DNA of 64,000 bases from NCBI GenBank assembly GCA_965208575.1, contig CBDBOV010000002.1:352001-416000 (forward strand), read 5' to 3'. Below, one piece after another: positions 9,810 to 20,410 of this stretch. The position numbers and the translations under genes were made by a program. This stretch comes from Spirochaetia bacterium (GTDB lineage: Bacteria; Spirochaetota; Spirochaetia; SZUA-6; Bin103). Under the pieces are notes generated by a model. The model did not search any database and was not told the origin of the DNA. It saw only the letters and a list, made by a program, of their open reading frames with translations. Each line of letters starts with the position of its first letter. Within the stretch, counting starts at the first letter, position 1.

Positions 9810-10658
9810 TCAGGGCAGGCCGCGCGCCCCGTTGTCGTTGCCGGAGCCGGCGAGCCGTTCGATGGCAACCGCGAGGCTGCGCAGCCGATTGCGGGAAGCG
9901 GCGTGGCCGCGGCCGAGTTGCAGGAACTGGCTCTCCATGCGCGCGTCGGCGTCGAGCAGCGCCGTGACCTCGTCGCGGGCGCGCTGCAGCGTGTCGGCAA
10001 GCTCCAGGGCGGAGCCGGCCAGGTGCACGCCGCGCAGCGCGTGGCCGACCGTGTGCAGGTAGAGGTACAGCCCCGAGGGTCCCACCGGCACCACGCGGCG
10101 CTGCAGGGCGGTGCGCAGAAGATCGTCCTCCGGCCCGGCGAAGCAGCGCAGGTAGAGCGCGTCGGTCGGCACGTACAGCAGGGCGAAGTTGTAGGTGCCG
10201 GCATCCGGCAGCACGTACTTGTCGCCGACCGCGGCCACGTGGCGGCCGATGGCGCGCGCGGCGGCCTTGCTCAGCGGCTGGTCGGGGGCCGCGTCCTCCA
10301 CCGCCTCGAACGGAAACTTGGCGTCGATGGCCACGTTGCGCTCGCCGAGCCGCACCATGGCATCGACGCGCACCCCGCCCGGCAGCGTGACCTGGGTGGC
10401 GAAGCCGGAGCGCGGCAGCCAGGTGGCCAGCAGCTCCTCCAGCAGGCGCTCGCCGTACGCACCGCGCCGGCGCGGCACGGTGAGCGCCTCCTCGAAGCGC
10501 ATCAGGCGCCGCGAGAGCTGGTCGAGCTGCTCCACCCGCCGGCGCACCGCACCGCCGCCCGCGCCGCCGGCGCGCAGCGCGGCCATCACGAGCAGCGTCG
10601 CCAGCACGCCGGCCGCCGCCGCGGCGCCGGCCGCCAGTTCCAGGCTCAGCATCGGCAT
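9810..10658 (-). CDS. rmuC: DNA recombination protein RmuC
   Basis: N-terminal TM segment, RGAYGERLLE, IDAKFP, FALLYVPTD, VVPVGPS. Confidence 0.88.
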   Translation of the reverse strand: MPMLSLELAAGAAAAAGVLATLLVMAALRAGGAGGGAVRRRVEQLDQLSRRLMRFEEALTVPRRRGAYGERLLEELLATWLPRSGFATQVTLPGGVRVDAMVRLGERNVAIDAKFPFEAVEDAAPDQPLSKAAARAIGRHVAAVGDKYVLPDAGTYNFALLYVPTDALYLRCFAGPEDDLLRTALQRRVVPVGPSGLYLYLHTVGHALRGVHLAGSALELADTLQRARDEVTALLDADARMESQFLQLGRGHAASRNRLRSLAVAIERLAGSGNDNGARGLP

Positions 10659-10859
10659 TTCGTTACCTACAAGTATCGGTATGCGGCGGTCGGCGCCATG
10701 AAGCCGGCCACCTGACCTGCCGCCGCTGCCCGTGCCACCGGTCGGCACGCGGCGTGGCTGCGACGGGCGCCGCGTGTTTGGCCGGCGCGCGCGCCAGGCG
10801 GGACGGGGCAAACGGCGAACGACGAAAGACGGCGGAAGCGTGGCGGAAACGGCTGCAGA

Positions 10860-12766
10860 GAGCCAATTGCGCTGTCGGTAAGTTCCAAGCGGGCAGCGAG
10901 ATAGAAGTGGGCGATTTTTTCTTTACCCCGTGACCGAGGCAATTGCGCTTGCTGCAAGCCCGATGCAGGCGATCAGAAACCAGGGGGAGGTATTTCTTAC
11001 CCCACGACCTGCTGATCCCCTGTACGCGCGTCGGGAGCGCCGGTCAAGGCCCCGATGATACATCGCAACTGTTTGTCTACAAAATAATTGACGGTTCTCC
11101 TGTAACTCGCCATAGTGGCAAGTGAACAGTAATTCACAACAGGAGAACCGCCGATGGCCACTATACCACATCCGTTTCTGTTCCGCTGGGACAGCGTCGA
11201 CCAGTTGGGTGATCTCGAACGCCTGACGCTGGTGCTCGACGCGCTCCCCGACGAGCCGCTGATGCAACTGCTGGAAGCCGGTCGCGGTCGCGGTCGCAAC
11301 GATTATCCGGTGCGCCCGATGTGGAACTCGCTGATCGCCGGCTTCGTGTTCCAGCATCCCAGCATCGCCGCCTTGCGGCGCGAGTTGCTGCGCAACGCGC
11401 AGTTGCGAGACCTGTGCGGGTTCGACCCGTTCGACGGCGCACGGGCGGTGCCCAGCGAATACGCCTATACCCGCTTCCAGCGCCGGCTGCGCAAGCATCA
11501 GGGGCAGATCGATGAGCTGTTCCACAGCACCCTCGACGAACTCCGGATTGAGCTGCCGGACCTGGGCCAGGTACAGGCGCTGGACGGCAAGGAGCTGCAC
11601 TCCCTGGCCAACGGTCCGAGCAGCTATCCGGTGCCGAAGGATAACAAGGAAGACACCGACGGGCGCCGCGACCGCGATGCCGATTGGGGCGTCAAGGGTT
11701 CCGGCGAGAAGAAGGGCGAGAAGGGCGAGAAGAAAGGCAAGAAGAAACACTACTGGTTCGGCTACCTGTTGCACTTGGTCGTGGACGCCACCTACGAGGT
11801 GCCGCTGGCGTTCGAGGTCACCAAGGCGTCGACCGGTGAGCAGCCGCAGGCACAGCGACTGCTTGATCAGATGCAGGATCGTCATCCCGAGCTGCTGCAA
11901 CGGTGCGATCGCCTGAGCGCCGACAAGGGCTACGACGACCAAAAGCTGATCAATCGGCTGTGGCAACAGCATCAGATCAAGCCGGTCATCGACATTCGAA
12001 ACTGCTGGAAGGACGGAGAGGCGGAGCAGGATGGCGTCCTCACCAAGCGGGTGAGCGGTCAGGAGAACGTGATCTATACCCACGACGGCCAGGTATCCTG
12101 CATGTGCCCGCGGACCGGTGAACTGCACCGCATGGCCTACGGCGGCTTCGAGCAGGCTCGCGAGTCGCTCAAGTATCGCTGTCCGGCGCGCTACTCGGGG
12201 GTCACCTGCAAGGGCATGGATCGGTGCCCGGTGAGCGACGCGGTGCGCATCCCGCTGGCCGAGGATCGGCGCGTGTTCACGCCGGTGGCGCGGTCCAGCT
12301 ACCGGTGGCAGGACTTCTACGACCAGCGCGGTGCCGTGGAGCGGGTCAACAGCCGGTTGGCCGGCGGCTTCGGGTTCGAGCGACCGGGCATCCGCGGGCT
12401 GGCGAAGATGCAGCTGCGCGTCACCATGGCGCTGACGATCATGCTGGCGATGGCCGTGGGGCGCATCCGCGCCGGCCAACCAGAGAACCTGCGGAGTCTG
12501 GTCAAACCCGCCTGACCGACGGCCACTCGCCGGTCACCAAGAAACCCAATCCCACCGGCTCCTCAGCGAGACCGGTCTGTCCCGATCTGTGCATTGAGCC
12601 ACGGATGAGGCTTGATCCCACCTCGCGGACCCCACTCAGCACACTCGATAGAGCCGTCATTCGGCGCCGGGCGAGCGTCAGCGACGCCGTCAACGTCCCG
12701 GGCGCGTGCTCTCTGGTGTGACCGGCTGCTCAACGGCCCAAAAAACCGCTACAGCGCAATTGGCTC
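10860..12766 (+). mobile_element. Complete insertion sequence, 1,907 bp
   Basis: Perfect 16-bp terminal IRs GAGCCAATTGCGCTGT (10860-10875) / ACAGCGCAATTGGCTC (12751-12766); 5-bp direct repeat GCAGA at 10855-10859 and 12767-12771; single transposase. Confidence 0.95.
11154..12515 (+). CDS. DDE transposase (IS4/IS5/IS1182-like)
   Basis: ALDGKEL, WFGYLLH, SADKGYD, YDQRGAVERVNSRL motifs; RBS AGGAG. Confidence 0.93.
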   Translation: MATIPHPFLFRWDSVDQLGDLERLTLVLDALPDEPLMQLLEAGRGRGRNDYPVRPMWNSLIAGFVFQHPSIAALRRELLRNAQLRDLCGFDPFDGARAVPSEYAYTRFQRRLRKHQGQIDELFHSTLDELRIELPDLGQVQALDGKELHSLANGPSSYPVPKDNKEDTDGRRDRDADWGVKGSGEKKGEKGEKKGKKKHYWFGYLLHLVVDATYEVPLAFEVTKASTGEQPQAQRLLDQMQDRHPELLQRCDRLSADKGYDDQKLINRLWQQHQIKPVIDIRNCWKDGEAEQDGVLTKRVSGQENVIYTHDGQVSCMCPRTGELHRMAYGGFEQARESLKYRCPARYSGVTCKGMDRCPVSDAVRIPLAEDRRVFTPVARSSYRWQDFYDQRGAVERVNSRLAGGFGFERPGIRGLAKMQLRVTMALTIMLAMAVGRIRAGQPENLRSLVKPA

Positions 12767-12818
12767 GCAGAGTTGTCGTCGCGCGCGGCGCCGTACTATA
12801 AGTCCACGGGTGGGAAAC

Positions 12819-14156
12819 ATGTCTGAGGTCTACGGCTCCGCGAGCGCCTACCGGGCGGCGCTGCAGCAACGCGCACTGGTTCCGCGCGGCTTCCGTTTTG
12901 CGGTCGCCGCCACCGAGTTCACCCCGGCCGAGCTGGGCGCCGCGGCGCAGCCGCTGCCGATCAAGCTCACCGCCATCCTGGCGCCGGCCGCCAGCGCCGC
13001 CTGGGCCGCGGTGCTGACCCGCAATCGCGTGACCGGCGCGCCGGTGGAGATCGTGCGCGGCCATCGCGGGCGGCCGGTGCGCGGCATGGTGGTCAACAAC
13101 AAGGTCGCCAACGTGTGCGCCGCCGGCGGCGAAGCGGCCGCGCGCAGCGTTTTGGCGAGCGTCGGCGACGCGCTCGGCGTTCCGGGGGCCGAGCTGCTGC
13201 CGGCGTCCACCGGGGTGATCGGCTGGCAGCTCCCGGTGGACGCCCTGGCGGCGGCCGCCCCGGAACTGGCCGCCAACCTCGGCACCAGCACCGCGCCCGA
13301 GGCGGCGGAGGCGATCATGACCACCGATGCCTACCCGAAGCTGCGCAGCGCGGTCACCCCGTCCGGGCACCGTGTGCTGGGCATCGCCAAGGGCGCCGGG
13401 ATGATCGAGCCGGACATGGGCACCATGCTGGCGTTCATCGTCACCGATGCGCCGGCCACGGCGGACGAACTGCAGGAGGAGCTGCAGCGCGCCGCGCGGT
13501 CGTCGTTCAACGCCATCACCGTGGACGGCGACCAGAGCACCAGCGACATGGCGGTGCTGCTCAGCAGCGGCGAGCGAGCGCCCGACGCGCCGCGCGTGGC
13601 CGGCCTGGGCGCCGCCGTGCGGCAGGTGTGCACGGCGCTGGCCGGCGACATCGTGCGCAACGGCGAGGGCACCCGTCACGTCATGGAGATCGCGGTGACC
13701 TCGCGGCTGCCGGAGGCGGATGCGCTGGCGGTGGCCAAGGCGGTCGGCAACGGGCCGCTGGTGAAGACCGCAGTGTACGGCAACGACCCCAACGTGGGGC
13801 GCATCGCGAGCGCGGTCGGCGACTACCTGGGCAGCCGGCCCGATCTGGGCCATGTCGGCGCGCGCGACCTGACCATCACGCTCGGCGACCGGCAGGTGTT
13901 CGCGGCGGGCGCGTTCACCCTGGGGCCGGCGCTGGAGCGCGACCTGAGCGACTACCTGGTCTCCTGCCGGTGCGACTCGGGAGGCGGCTTCCCGCCTCAT
14001 GACCGGGTGGTGCGCATCGGCATCCGCATCGACGGATCGGACAATGCGGCGGCGGCTGCCGGCGGAGCGCCCGAGGGTCCGCGGCACACGGTGCGCGCCC
14101 TGGCCTCCGACCTCGGCTACGAGTATGTCCGCGAGAATGCAGACTACCGGAGCTGA
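12819..14156 (+). CDS. argJ: Ornithine acetyltransferase / N-acetylglutamate synthase
   Basis: STGVIG, AIMTTD, GIAKGAGMIEPDMGTML, SFNAITVDGDQSTSD, NGEG, VKTAVYGNDPNVGR. Confidence 0.95.
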   Translation: MSEVYGSASAYRAALQQRALVPRGFRFAVAATEFTPAELGAAAQPLPIKLTAILAPAASAAWAAVLTRNRVTGAPVEIVRGHRGRPVRGMVVNNKVANVCAAGGEAAARSVLASVGDALGVPGAELLPASTGVIGWQLPVDALAAAAPELAANLGTSTAPEAAEAIMTTDAYPKLRSAVTPSGHRVLGIAKGAGMIEPDMGTMLAFIVTDAPATADELQEELQRAARSSFNAITVDGDQSTSDMAVLLSSGERAPDAPRVAGLGAAVRQVCTALAGDIVRNGEGTRHVMEIAVTSRLPEADALAVAKAVGNGPLVKTAVYGNDPNVGRIASAVGDYLGSRPDLGHVGARDLTITLGDRQVFAAGAFTLGPALERDLSDYLVSCRCDSGGGFPPHDRVVRIGIRIDGSDNAAAAAGGAPEGPRHTVRALASDLGYEYVRENADYRS

Positions 14157-15186
14157 GCCGGCCGCGCGGCCGGGTGAGCGGACAAGGGAACGGGAAGCCG
14201 AGCAGACCGCCGAGCAGGGACGCCTGCTCGACGCCTGCTTCGCCGAAGTGGGCAAGCGCATCGTCGGCCAGCGGTCGATGGTGCGGGGCATGATGATGGC
14301 GCTGCTCGCCGGCGGGCACGTGCTGCTGGAGGGGATGCCCGGCCTGGCCAAGACGCGCGCGGTGAAGGCGCTCGCGGAGGTCACCGACGTGAGTTTCCGC
14401 CGCCTGCAGTTCACGCCCGACCTGCTCCCGGCCGACGTGATCGGCACCATGGTGTACCGGCCGAACAGCGGCGAGTTCGTGGCGCGCAAGGGGCCGATCT
14501 TCGCGCACCTGGTGCTGGCAGACGAGATCAACCGGGCGCCCGCCAAGGTGCAGTCCGCGCTGCTGGAGGCGATGGAGGAGCGCCAGGTCACGCTTGGCAC
14601 CGAGACCCACGCGCTGGACGAGCCGTTCCTGGTGCTGGCGACCCAGAACCCGATCGAGCAGCAGGGAACGTATCCGCTGCCGGAGGCGCAGCTCGACCGC
14701 TTCCTGCTCAAGCTGCGCGTCCCGTACCCCGCATACGAGGAGGAACTGGAAGTGTTGCGGCTGGTCGGCGACGAGCAGCCCGCGGCGCTGCGCCCGCTGC
14801 TCGACCGGCGCGCCATCGCCGGCCTGCGCGCGAGTGCGGCGCGCACCCGGGTCGACCGCCGCATCGAAGAGTACGTCGTGACCCTGATGCGCGCCACGCG
14901 CCCGGAGCCCGGCGCCGCCGGCGGTGACAACGGGGCGGCGGCCGGGCCGGACTATCTGCGCTTCATCGAGCACGGCGCATCGCCGCGCGCGTCGATCTAC
15001 CTGTACCGCTGCGCCAAGATCGCTGCGCTGTTCGCCGGCCGCCCGTTCGTGGTCCCCGAGGACGTCAAGGCGGTGACGCCCGCCGTCCTGCGCCACCGCC
15101 TGGTAATGAGCTACGAGGGCGAGTCGGAGGGGATCACGCCCGAACAGGTGATCGAGGCGCTGCTGGCCCACGTGGAGGTGCCGTAG
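14137..15186 (+). CDS. moxR: MoxR family AAA+ ATPase
   Basis: GHVLLEGMPGLAKT, LQFTPDLLPAD, DEINRAPAKVQSALLE, ATQNPIEQQGTYPLPEAQLDRF. Confidence 0.95.
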   Translation: MQTTGAEPAARPGERTREREAEQTAEQGRLLDACFAEVGKRIVGQRSMVRGMMMALLAGGHVLLEGMPGLAKTRAVKALAEVTDVSFRRLQFTPDLLPADVIGTMVYRPNSGEFVARKGPIFAHLVLADEINRAPAKVQSALLEAMEERQVTLGTETHALDEPFLVLATQNPIEQQGTYPLPEAQLDRFLLKLRVPYPAYEEELEVLRLVGDEQPAALRPLLDRRAIAGLRASAARTRVDRRIEEYVVTLMRATRPEPGAAGGDNGAAAGPDYLRFIEHGASPRASIYLYRCAKIAALFAGRPFVVPEDVKAVTPAVLRHRLVMSYEGESEGITPEQVIEALLAHVEVP

Positions 15187-15190
15187 CCTG

Positions 15191-16075
15191 GTGGCGGCAG
15201 GCACGATCGCCGCACAGGCGCGCCGGCTGGATCTGCTCGCGCGGCAGACGGTAGCGAGTCTGCAGGCGGGCGGACACCGGAGCGTGTACCGCGGCGAAGG
15301 CATGGAGTTCGACGAGGTGCGCGAGTATGCGGTCGGCGACGATGCGCGGTCGATCGACTGGAACGTGACCTCGCGCATCGGCAGCCCGTTCACCAAGGTG
15401 TTTCGCGAGCAGCGGGAGCTGAACCTGGTGCTGGTGGTGGACGTATCCGGGTCGCTGCTGAGCGGCGACGGTGCACGCCGCGAACTGGCCGCGTGGATTG
15501 CCGCCATTCTCGCCCACGCCGCGCATCTCGCCGGCGACCCGGCAAGCGCGTACCTGTTTTCCGACCGCCGCGAACGCTGGCTGCCGGCGCGCCGCGGGCG
15601 CGGCCATCCGCTGCGCATCGCCGGCGAGGTGCTGGCCATCGAACCGGCCGGACGCGGCTCCGACCTCGCCGGCGCGCTGCGCGGCGTTGCCGGCGTGCTG
15701 CACCGGCGCGCCACCTGCGTGCTGGTGTCCGACTTCAGGACTACCGGCTTCTGGCCGCAGCTCGCGCTGTTGCGCCGCCGCCACGAGGTGGTTGCGGTAC
15801 GCGTGGCCGATGCCGGCGACGGCGCGTTCCCGGCGGTGGGCCGTGTGGACGTGCAGGATCCGGAAGCGGGGCGGGTGTCCTGGGCCGCCGGCCGGTCGCG
15901 GCGGTTCCGCGCCGCCTATGCCGCCTATTGGCGGGATCACTACCGCACGGTCCGTGCCGGCTTTCGCGGTCACGGCGTCGACCTGCTGGAAATCGCCGCC
16001 GGCGAAGATCCCGGCGTCGCCCTGGCGGCGTTCTTTCGCCGCCGCGGCCGCGGCAGGCGCCGCGCACCGTGCTGA
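15191..16075 (+). CDS. DUF58 domain protein
   Basis: GEGMEFDEVREYAVGDDARSIDWNVTSR, VDVSGS, LVSDF. Confidence 0.92.
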   Translation: MAAGTIAAQARRLDLLARQTVASLQAGGHRSVYRGEGMEFDEVREYAVGDDARSIDWNVTSRIGSPFTKVFREQRELNLVLVVDVSGSLLSGDGARRELAAWIAAILAHAAHLAGDPASAYLFSDRRERWLPARRGRGHPLRIAGEVLAIEPAGRGSDLAGALRGVAGVLHRRATCVLVSDFRTTGFWPQLALLRRRHEVVAVRVADAGDGAFPAVGRVDVQDPEAGRVSWAAGRSRRFRAAYAAYWRDHYRTVRAGFRGHGVDLLEIAAGEDPGVALAAFFRRRGRGRRRAPC

Positions 16076-16287
16076 CACGCGCGCCCGGACCGGCGCACCC
16101 GCGCGTCCGGTACCGCCGTTCCCTGCCGTACGAGAAGCTCGCCACCCGCACCGGCTGCGCATTCGGCACCGCGTGCGGCGCGCAGGGCGGCCACACCGCG
16201 GGCCCGCGCTCGCGGGCGAGGAGGCGGCACCGCGACCCGCGGGCCCTGCGGCCCGTGCGGCCCGGTGCCCTCCTGTGCCGCCGTGGC

Positions 16288-17247
16288 ATGGCCTGGTTGA
16301 CGCTGTTGGCCGCGGCGTGTTGCGGGGTGGCGCCGGCCGCCGCCGAGGCGGCGGCGGGTGTGGAAGCGAAGCGGGTACGGGAGGTGCGGTTCGAGCCCGC
16401 GCGCTTCGTGGCCGGCGACCTGGTGGTGGCGCGCATCGTCGTGCACGGCGCCGCGGATCTCACGGCACCGGACGCCGTGGCCGGCGACGACTGGCTGGCG
16501 GTGCACGGCGTGGAAGTGTTGACGCGCACCGACGGACACCGGGAGGTGCGCGTGCGATTTACCAGCTACCGCCCCGGCGTCGGTGAGTTGCCGCCGATCG
16601 ACCTGGGTTCGTTCCAACTGACCGGGATCGGCTTTCTCACCAGCTCGGTGCTGCCGCGGTACGGCGAGCTGCCGCCCGCGCTGCGTCCGCCGGCGCCGCA
16701 GATGGCGGTCCCCGGTACCGCGGCGCTCCTGATCGGCGGCGCACTGGCCGTCCTGGCCTTGCCCTACCCGCTGGTCAGCGGCGTGTTGCTGCTGGCCGGC
16801 GCCGGGCGCCGCCTGCGCGCCCGCCGCGCGCGCACCCGGCCGCGCATGGTGCTGGAGCGCGCCGTGCAGCGCCTGCAGGCCGGCGATCCCGCCAGCGTCG
16901 ACGGCGCCGGCAGCGCCAACGCGGCCGGCGATCCGGTCTTGTTCTATGCGCGCCTGTCGCGGTTGGCGCGCGGCTACCTCGCCGCGCGGCTGGCGCTGCC
17001 GGCCTACGCCCTGACCGTCCGCGAGTTGCGCGCGGCGCTGCCGGAACAGGGGCTGCCGCACGGCCTGGGAGCGGACCTGACCGCGATTCTGGAGGCAGCA
17101 GACCGGGTGAAGTTCTCCGGCGCAGGTGCCGGCGCCGAGGAGATGCGGGCGGCCGCACGGCAGTTGGTGACGCTGGCCCGGGCGGTCGACGCGGTGCTTG
17201 AGGAGCGCGCAACGCGCCGGCGAGGAGCGACTGGTGTGGAGCTTTGA
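16288..17247 (+). CDS. Bat-operon membrane-anchored protein (BatD-like/DUF4381-like)
   Basis: Signal-like segment, one TM segment, C-terminal YLAARL...ADRVKF motif; position in the moxR-bat operon; alternative GTG at 16069. Confidence 0.7.
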   Translation: MAWLTLLAAACCGVAPAAAEAAAGVEAKRVREVRFEPARFVAGDLVVARIVVHGAADLTAPDAVAGDDWLAVHGVEVLTRTDGHREVRVRFTSYRPGVGELPPIDLGSFQLTGIGFLTSSVLPRYGELPPALRPPAPQMAVPGTAALLIGGALAVLALPYPLVSGVLLLAGAGRRLRARRARTRPRMVLERAVQRLQAGDPASVDGAGSANAAGDPVLFYARLSRLARGYLAARLALPAYALTVRELRAALPEQGLPHGLGADLTAILEAADRVKFSGAGAGAEEMRAAARQLVTLARAVDAVLEERATRRRGATGVEL

Positions 17248-18232
17248 GCAGCCGCTGCTGCTCGGCGTGCTGCTGTTGCTGCCGCCGGCCGTCTACCTGG
17301 TTCACTTCCGGCCGGGCCGCGGCGGCGTGCTGCGCGTGCCCCTGCACCGCTGGGGCGCCACGCCGCTCGTCCGCCGCGGTGCGGATCAGTTGCTTGCCGT
17401 TGCGGCGCGCGTCCCGTTCTGGCTGGCGGCCGCGCTGTTGATTGTCGCCGCCGCCGGCCCGGCGCGCGTGCACCAGGACGAGGTGCACCTGAGCCCCGGA
17501 CTCGACCTGATGATCGTGCTCGACGAGTCGCCGAGCATGGCGGCCCGCGACCTGGGCAGCGCCCGCCGCCTGGACGCCGCGGTCAGGGTCATCCGCGACT
17601 TCGTGGCCGGCCGCGGCAACGACGCCATCGGACTGGTGAGCTTCAGCGACCGCGCCGTGCTGCGGGTTGCCAAGACGCTCGACCGGGCCGCCCTGCACGC
17701 CGCCCTCGATCGGATGGCGGTGCCTTCGCCTGGGGACACCACCGCCATCGGCATGGGCATCGCGGTGGCCCTGCTGCACCTGCAGGACAGCGCGGCGCCG
17801 GGCCGCGTGATTGTGCTGCTCACCGACGGCGACAACAACGCCGGCGCGCTGACGCCGGAGGCCGCCGCGGCGCTGGCCGCCGCGCGCGGCGTGCGCATCT
17901 ACACCGTCGGCATCGGCGGCGCCGGCGACGCGGTGATCGAGATAACCGACCCGCGCACCGGGCTGACGCAGCGCGGCCGCTATCGCGGCCGATTCGACCC
18001 CGCCCTGCTGGAGCGGGTGGCCCGGATCACCGGCGGGCGATCGTTTGCCGCCGACGAGCCGGGGGTGCTGGCCGCGGTGTTCCGCGAGATCGACGCACTG
18101 GAACGGGTCGACCGCCACACCCGGGTGCAGGTCTCGCGCCGTCCGCATCACCGGGCGCTGCTGCTTGCCGCGCTGTGCGTGCTGCTGCTCGACGTGGCGC
18201 TGCGCCGCGTGGTGCTCGCGGAGCTGTTCTAA
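17234..18232 (+). CDS. batA: vWA domain protein, BatA-like
   Basis: MIDAS motif DESPSM, TAIGMGI, LLTDGDNNAG, IYTVGIG; RBS AGGAG. Confidence 0.88.
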   Translation: MWSFEQPLLLGVLLLLPPAVYLVHFRPGRGGVLRVPLHRWGATPLVRRGADQLLAVAARVPFWLAAALLIVAAAGPARVHQDEVHLSPGLDLMIVLDESPSMAARDLGSARRLDAAVRVIRDFVAGRGNDAIGLVSFSDRAVLRVAKTLDRAALHAALDRMAVPSPGDTTAIGMGIAVALLHLQDSAAPGRVIVLLTDGDNNAGALTPEAAAALAAARGVRIYTVGIGGAGDAVIEITDPRTGLTQRGRYRGRFDPALLERVARITGGRSFAADEPGVLAAVFREIDALERVDRHTRVQVSRRPHHRALLLAALCVLLLDVALRRVVLAELF

Positions 18233-18248
18233 AAGGAGCGCTGCGCGG

Positions 18249-19238
18249 ATGCTGACCCCGTTCGGTGCGATCACCATTGACCAGCCGGACATGCTGCTGC
18301 TGCTCGCCGTGCTGGCGCCGCTCGCCGCGGCCCTGGTGTACGCCGCCCGCCGCGCCCGCCGTGACCTGCACGCCCTGCGCCGCGTGGCGTCGCTGCCGGC
18401 GGCGAGCCCGGCGCCGGACGCGGTACTGCGCTTCAAGCGCAGCGCCGACGGAGCGCTGACGTGCGTGGCGGTAGCGTGCGTCATCCTGGGCGCCGCCGGC
18501 CCGCGCTGGGGAGCGGGCTGGCCGGCGCCAGCGCCGAACGGCAGCGAGGTGGTGCTCCTGATCGACCTGTCGCGCAGCATGGCGGTCGCGGACGTGGCGC
18601 CGAGCAGGCTGCACCGCGGGTTGGCAGCGGCCGGCGAACTGGTGGAGGCGCTGCCGGCCGCGGCAATTGCGGTGGTCGGATTCAGCGACACCGGCCACCT
18701 GCTGCTGCCGTTCACCGACGACCGCTACGCGTTGCGGCAGCAGCTTGCCGCGCTGCACGACCAGGCGCCGGCGCTTGGCGGGTCGCAACTGGCCGCGGCG
18801 CTGCGCTACGCCGGCTTCGAGCTGCCGGGCAGGCCGGACGCGGTGCGCACCGTGGTATTGGTGTCGGACGGCGAGAGCAGCGCCGGCGATCCGCTGCCGG
18901 TGGCACGGCGGGCCGGCCACGACGGCGTGGCGATAGTGACCGTGCCGGTGGGCACGGCGGCCGGGGCGCCGGTGGCGGCCGCCGGCGGTAAGCACTCGGC
19001 GCGTGACGAACGCGCAATGCTGGAGATCGCGCGCTTGAGCGGCGGCGTGCTCGCAGACCCGCTGCTGCCGCGGACCATGGCGGAGGCGCGCGCATTCCTG
19101 GCACGCCTGCCGGACGCGCGCGCGGCGAGTCGGTCCACGGCGCGCCGCCCGCGGTACGCGGTCCCGGCACTGGCGGCGCTGCTGGCGCTGGCCGGTTGCG
19201 CGGCGGTGCGGGCAATACGATGGCGCGCTACGTTCTGA
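18249..19238 (+). CDS. batB: vWA domain protein, BatB-like
   Basis: GPRWG, IDLSRSMAVADVAPSRL, LPFTDD, LVSDGE; RBS AAGGAG. Confidence 0.85.
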   Translation: MLTPFGAITIDQPDMLLLLAVLAPLAAALVYAARRARRDLHALRRVASLPAASPAPDAVLRFKRSADGALTCVAVACVILGAAGPRWGAGWPAPAPNGSEVVLLIDLSRSMAVADVAPSRLHRGLAAAGELVEALPAAAIAVVGFSDTGHLLLPFTDDRYALRQQLAALHDQAPALGGSQLAAALRYAGFELPGRPDAVRTVVLVSDGESSAGDPLPVARRAGHDGVAIVTVPVGTAAGAPVAAAGGKHSARDERAMLEIARLSGGVLADPLLPRTMAEARAFLARLPDARAASRSTARRPRYAVPALAALLALAGCAAVRAIRWRATF

Positions 19239-19804
19239 GCACGGCGCCGGCGCTGCTGCTGGCGCTGCTGTTGCTGCTGGCCGCCGGCGCCCGTCAGCCG
19301 CCGGTCGCCGTCCTGGAGGGCAACTACGACTTCGCGCGCGGCGACGCGGCACGCGCCATCCGCCACTACCGCGGCGCCGCCCGCGCCGGGTCGCACGTGG
19401 CCGCCTACAATCTCGCGAACGCCCGGTTGGCCGTGGGCGAAACCGATGCCGGGCTGGATCTGTTGCAACGCATCCCCGCGGACGTGCACCCGGAACTGCG
19501 CCGCCGGGTCGCGTTCAACCTTGGCCATGCCCACTACCGCGCGGGCCGCTACCGGGAGGCGGCGCTGCACTTCCGCGACGCGTTGGCGCACGGCCCGGGG
19601 TCGGTGGATGCCCGAGTCAACCTCGAACTGGCGTTGCGCCGGATGCACGCCGGGCAGACGCGGGCGGCGACCACGGCCGCCACGACGCCGACGGCCGCCG
19701 CGACGCCGGACAACGGAACCGGATCGGAGATCCTGGAGCAATTGCGCACGCTGCAGACGGCGGTCCCGGCGCTGCCGCCGGCCGGCGGCGCGAGCGGTTA
19801 CTGA
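19220..19804 (+). CDS. TPR protein, BatC-like
   Basis: AYNLANA, FNLGHAHY, DARVNLELALR. Confidence 0.8.
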   Translation: MARYVLSTAPALLLALLLLLAAGARQPPVAVLEGNYDFARGDAARAIRHYRGAARAGSHVAAYNLANARLAVGETDAGLDLLQRIPADVHPELRRRVAFNLGHAHYRAGRYREAALHFRDALAHGPGSVDARVNLELALRRMHAGQTRAATTAATTPTAAATPDNGTGSEILEQLRTLQTAVPALPPAGGASGY

Positions 19805-19977
19805 TCGCCCGCCGGGCCGGCGCGCCGCGCCAGGTACGGCACCCGGCGGCGCAACGGGACCGAAGCTGGCCGCGTGGACGCGCGCCCGCGGGGCACACCA
19901 CGCCGCCGCCTGCTCGCCTCAGCGCCGGCGTCGGCCGGCGGCGCGGCGCGGGGTCGTCGTCGGCGCGGCGCGGTCCG

Positions 19978-20196
19978 TCAGTGTTCGCGATAGATAATGC
20001 GACCCCGAGTGAGGTCGTAGGGGGACAGGGCGACCCGGACCCGGTCGCCCGGCACGATGCGAATGTAGTGGCGGCGCATCTTTCCGGACAGGTGAGCAAG
20101 CACCCGGTGCCCGTTCTGCAACTCGACGCGGAACATGGTATTGGGTAACGATTCTCTGACCGTGCCCTGAATCTCGATCGCCTCTTCTTTGGCCAA
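19978..20196 (-). CDS. infA: Translation initiation factor IF-1
   Basis: [13 protein letters not shown]...[10 protein letters not shown]...SGKMR...[10 protein letters not shown]; TTG start with RBS AGGAGT. Confidence 0.98.
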   Translation of the reverse strand: MAKEEAIEIQGTVRESLPNTMFRVELQNGHRVLAHLSGKMRRHYIRIVPGDRVRVALSPYDLTRGRIIYREH

Positions 20197-20410
20197 GAAA
20201 ACTCCTTTCGCCGGTGATGATTTCCCCGCTAGGGGGTTTTGTCAACCAAACGCCCGCCGCCGCCGCCGGCGCCGCCGCCAGACTGACTCTCGGCCGCTCA
20301 GGAAGCTTGACAAGGGATCGATAATTCACCATACATGCGCAGCCTGCGCAGCCCGCGCAGCTTGGCCCGGCCGGCTGGCGGTGCGGCGTTCTGGCAGGGA
20401 GTCGACAGGC

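Noticed and set aside
13999-19804. moxR-DUF58-vWA-vWA-TPR cluster as a novel system
   Set aside because: Matches the known Bat (aerotolerance) operon of Bacteroidetes and spirochaetes
20307-20336. TTGACA upstream of the dksA-like gene as a sigma70 promoter
   Set aside because: The -35 box is perfect but there is no convincing -10 at 16-18 bp
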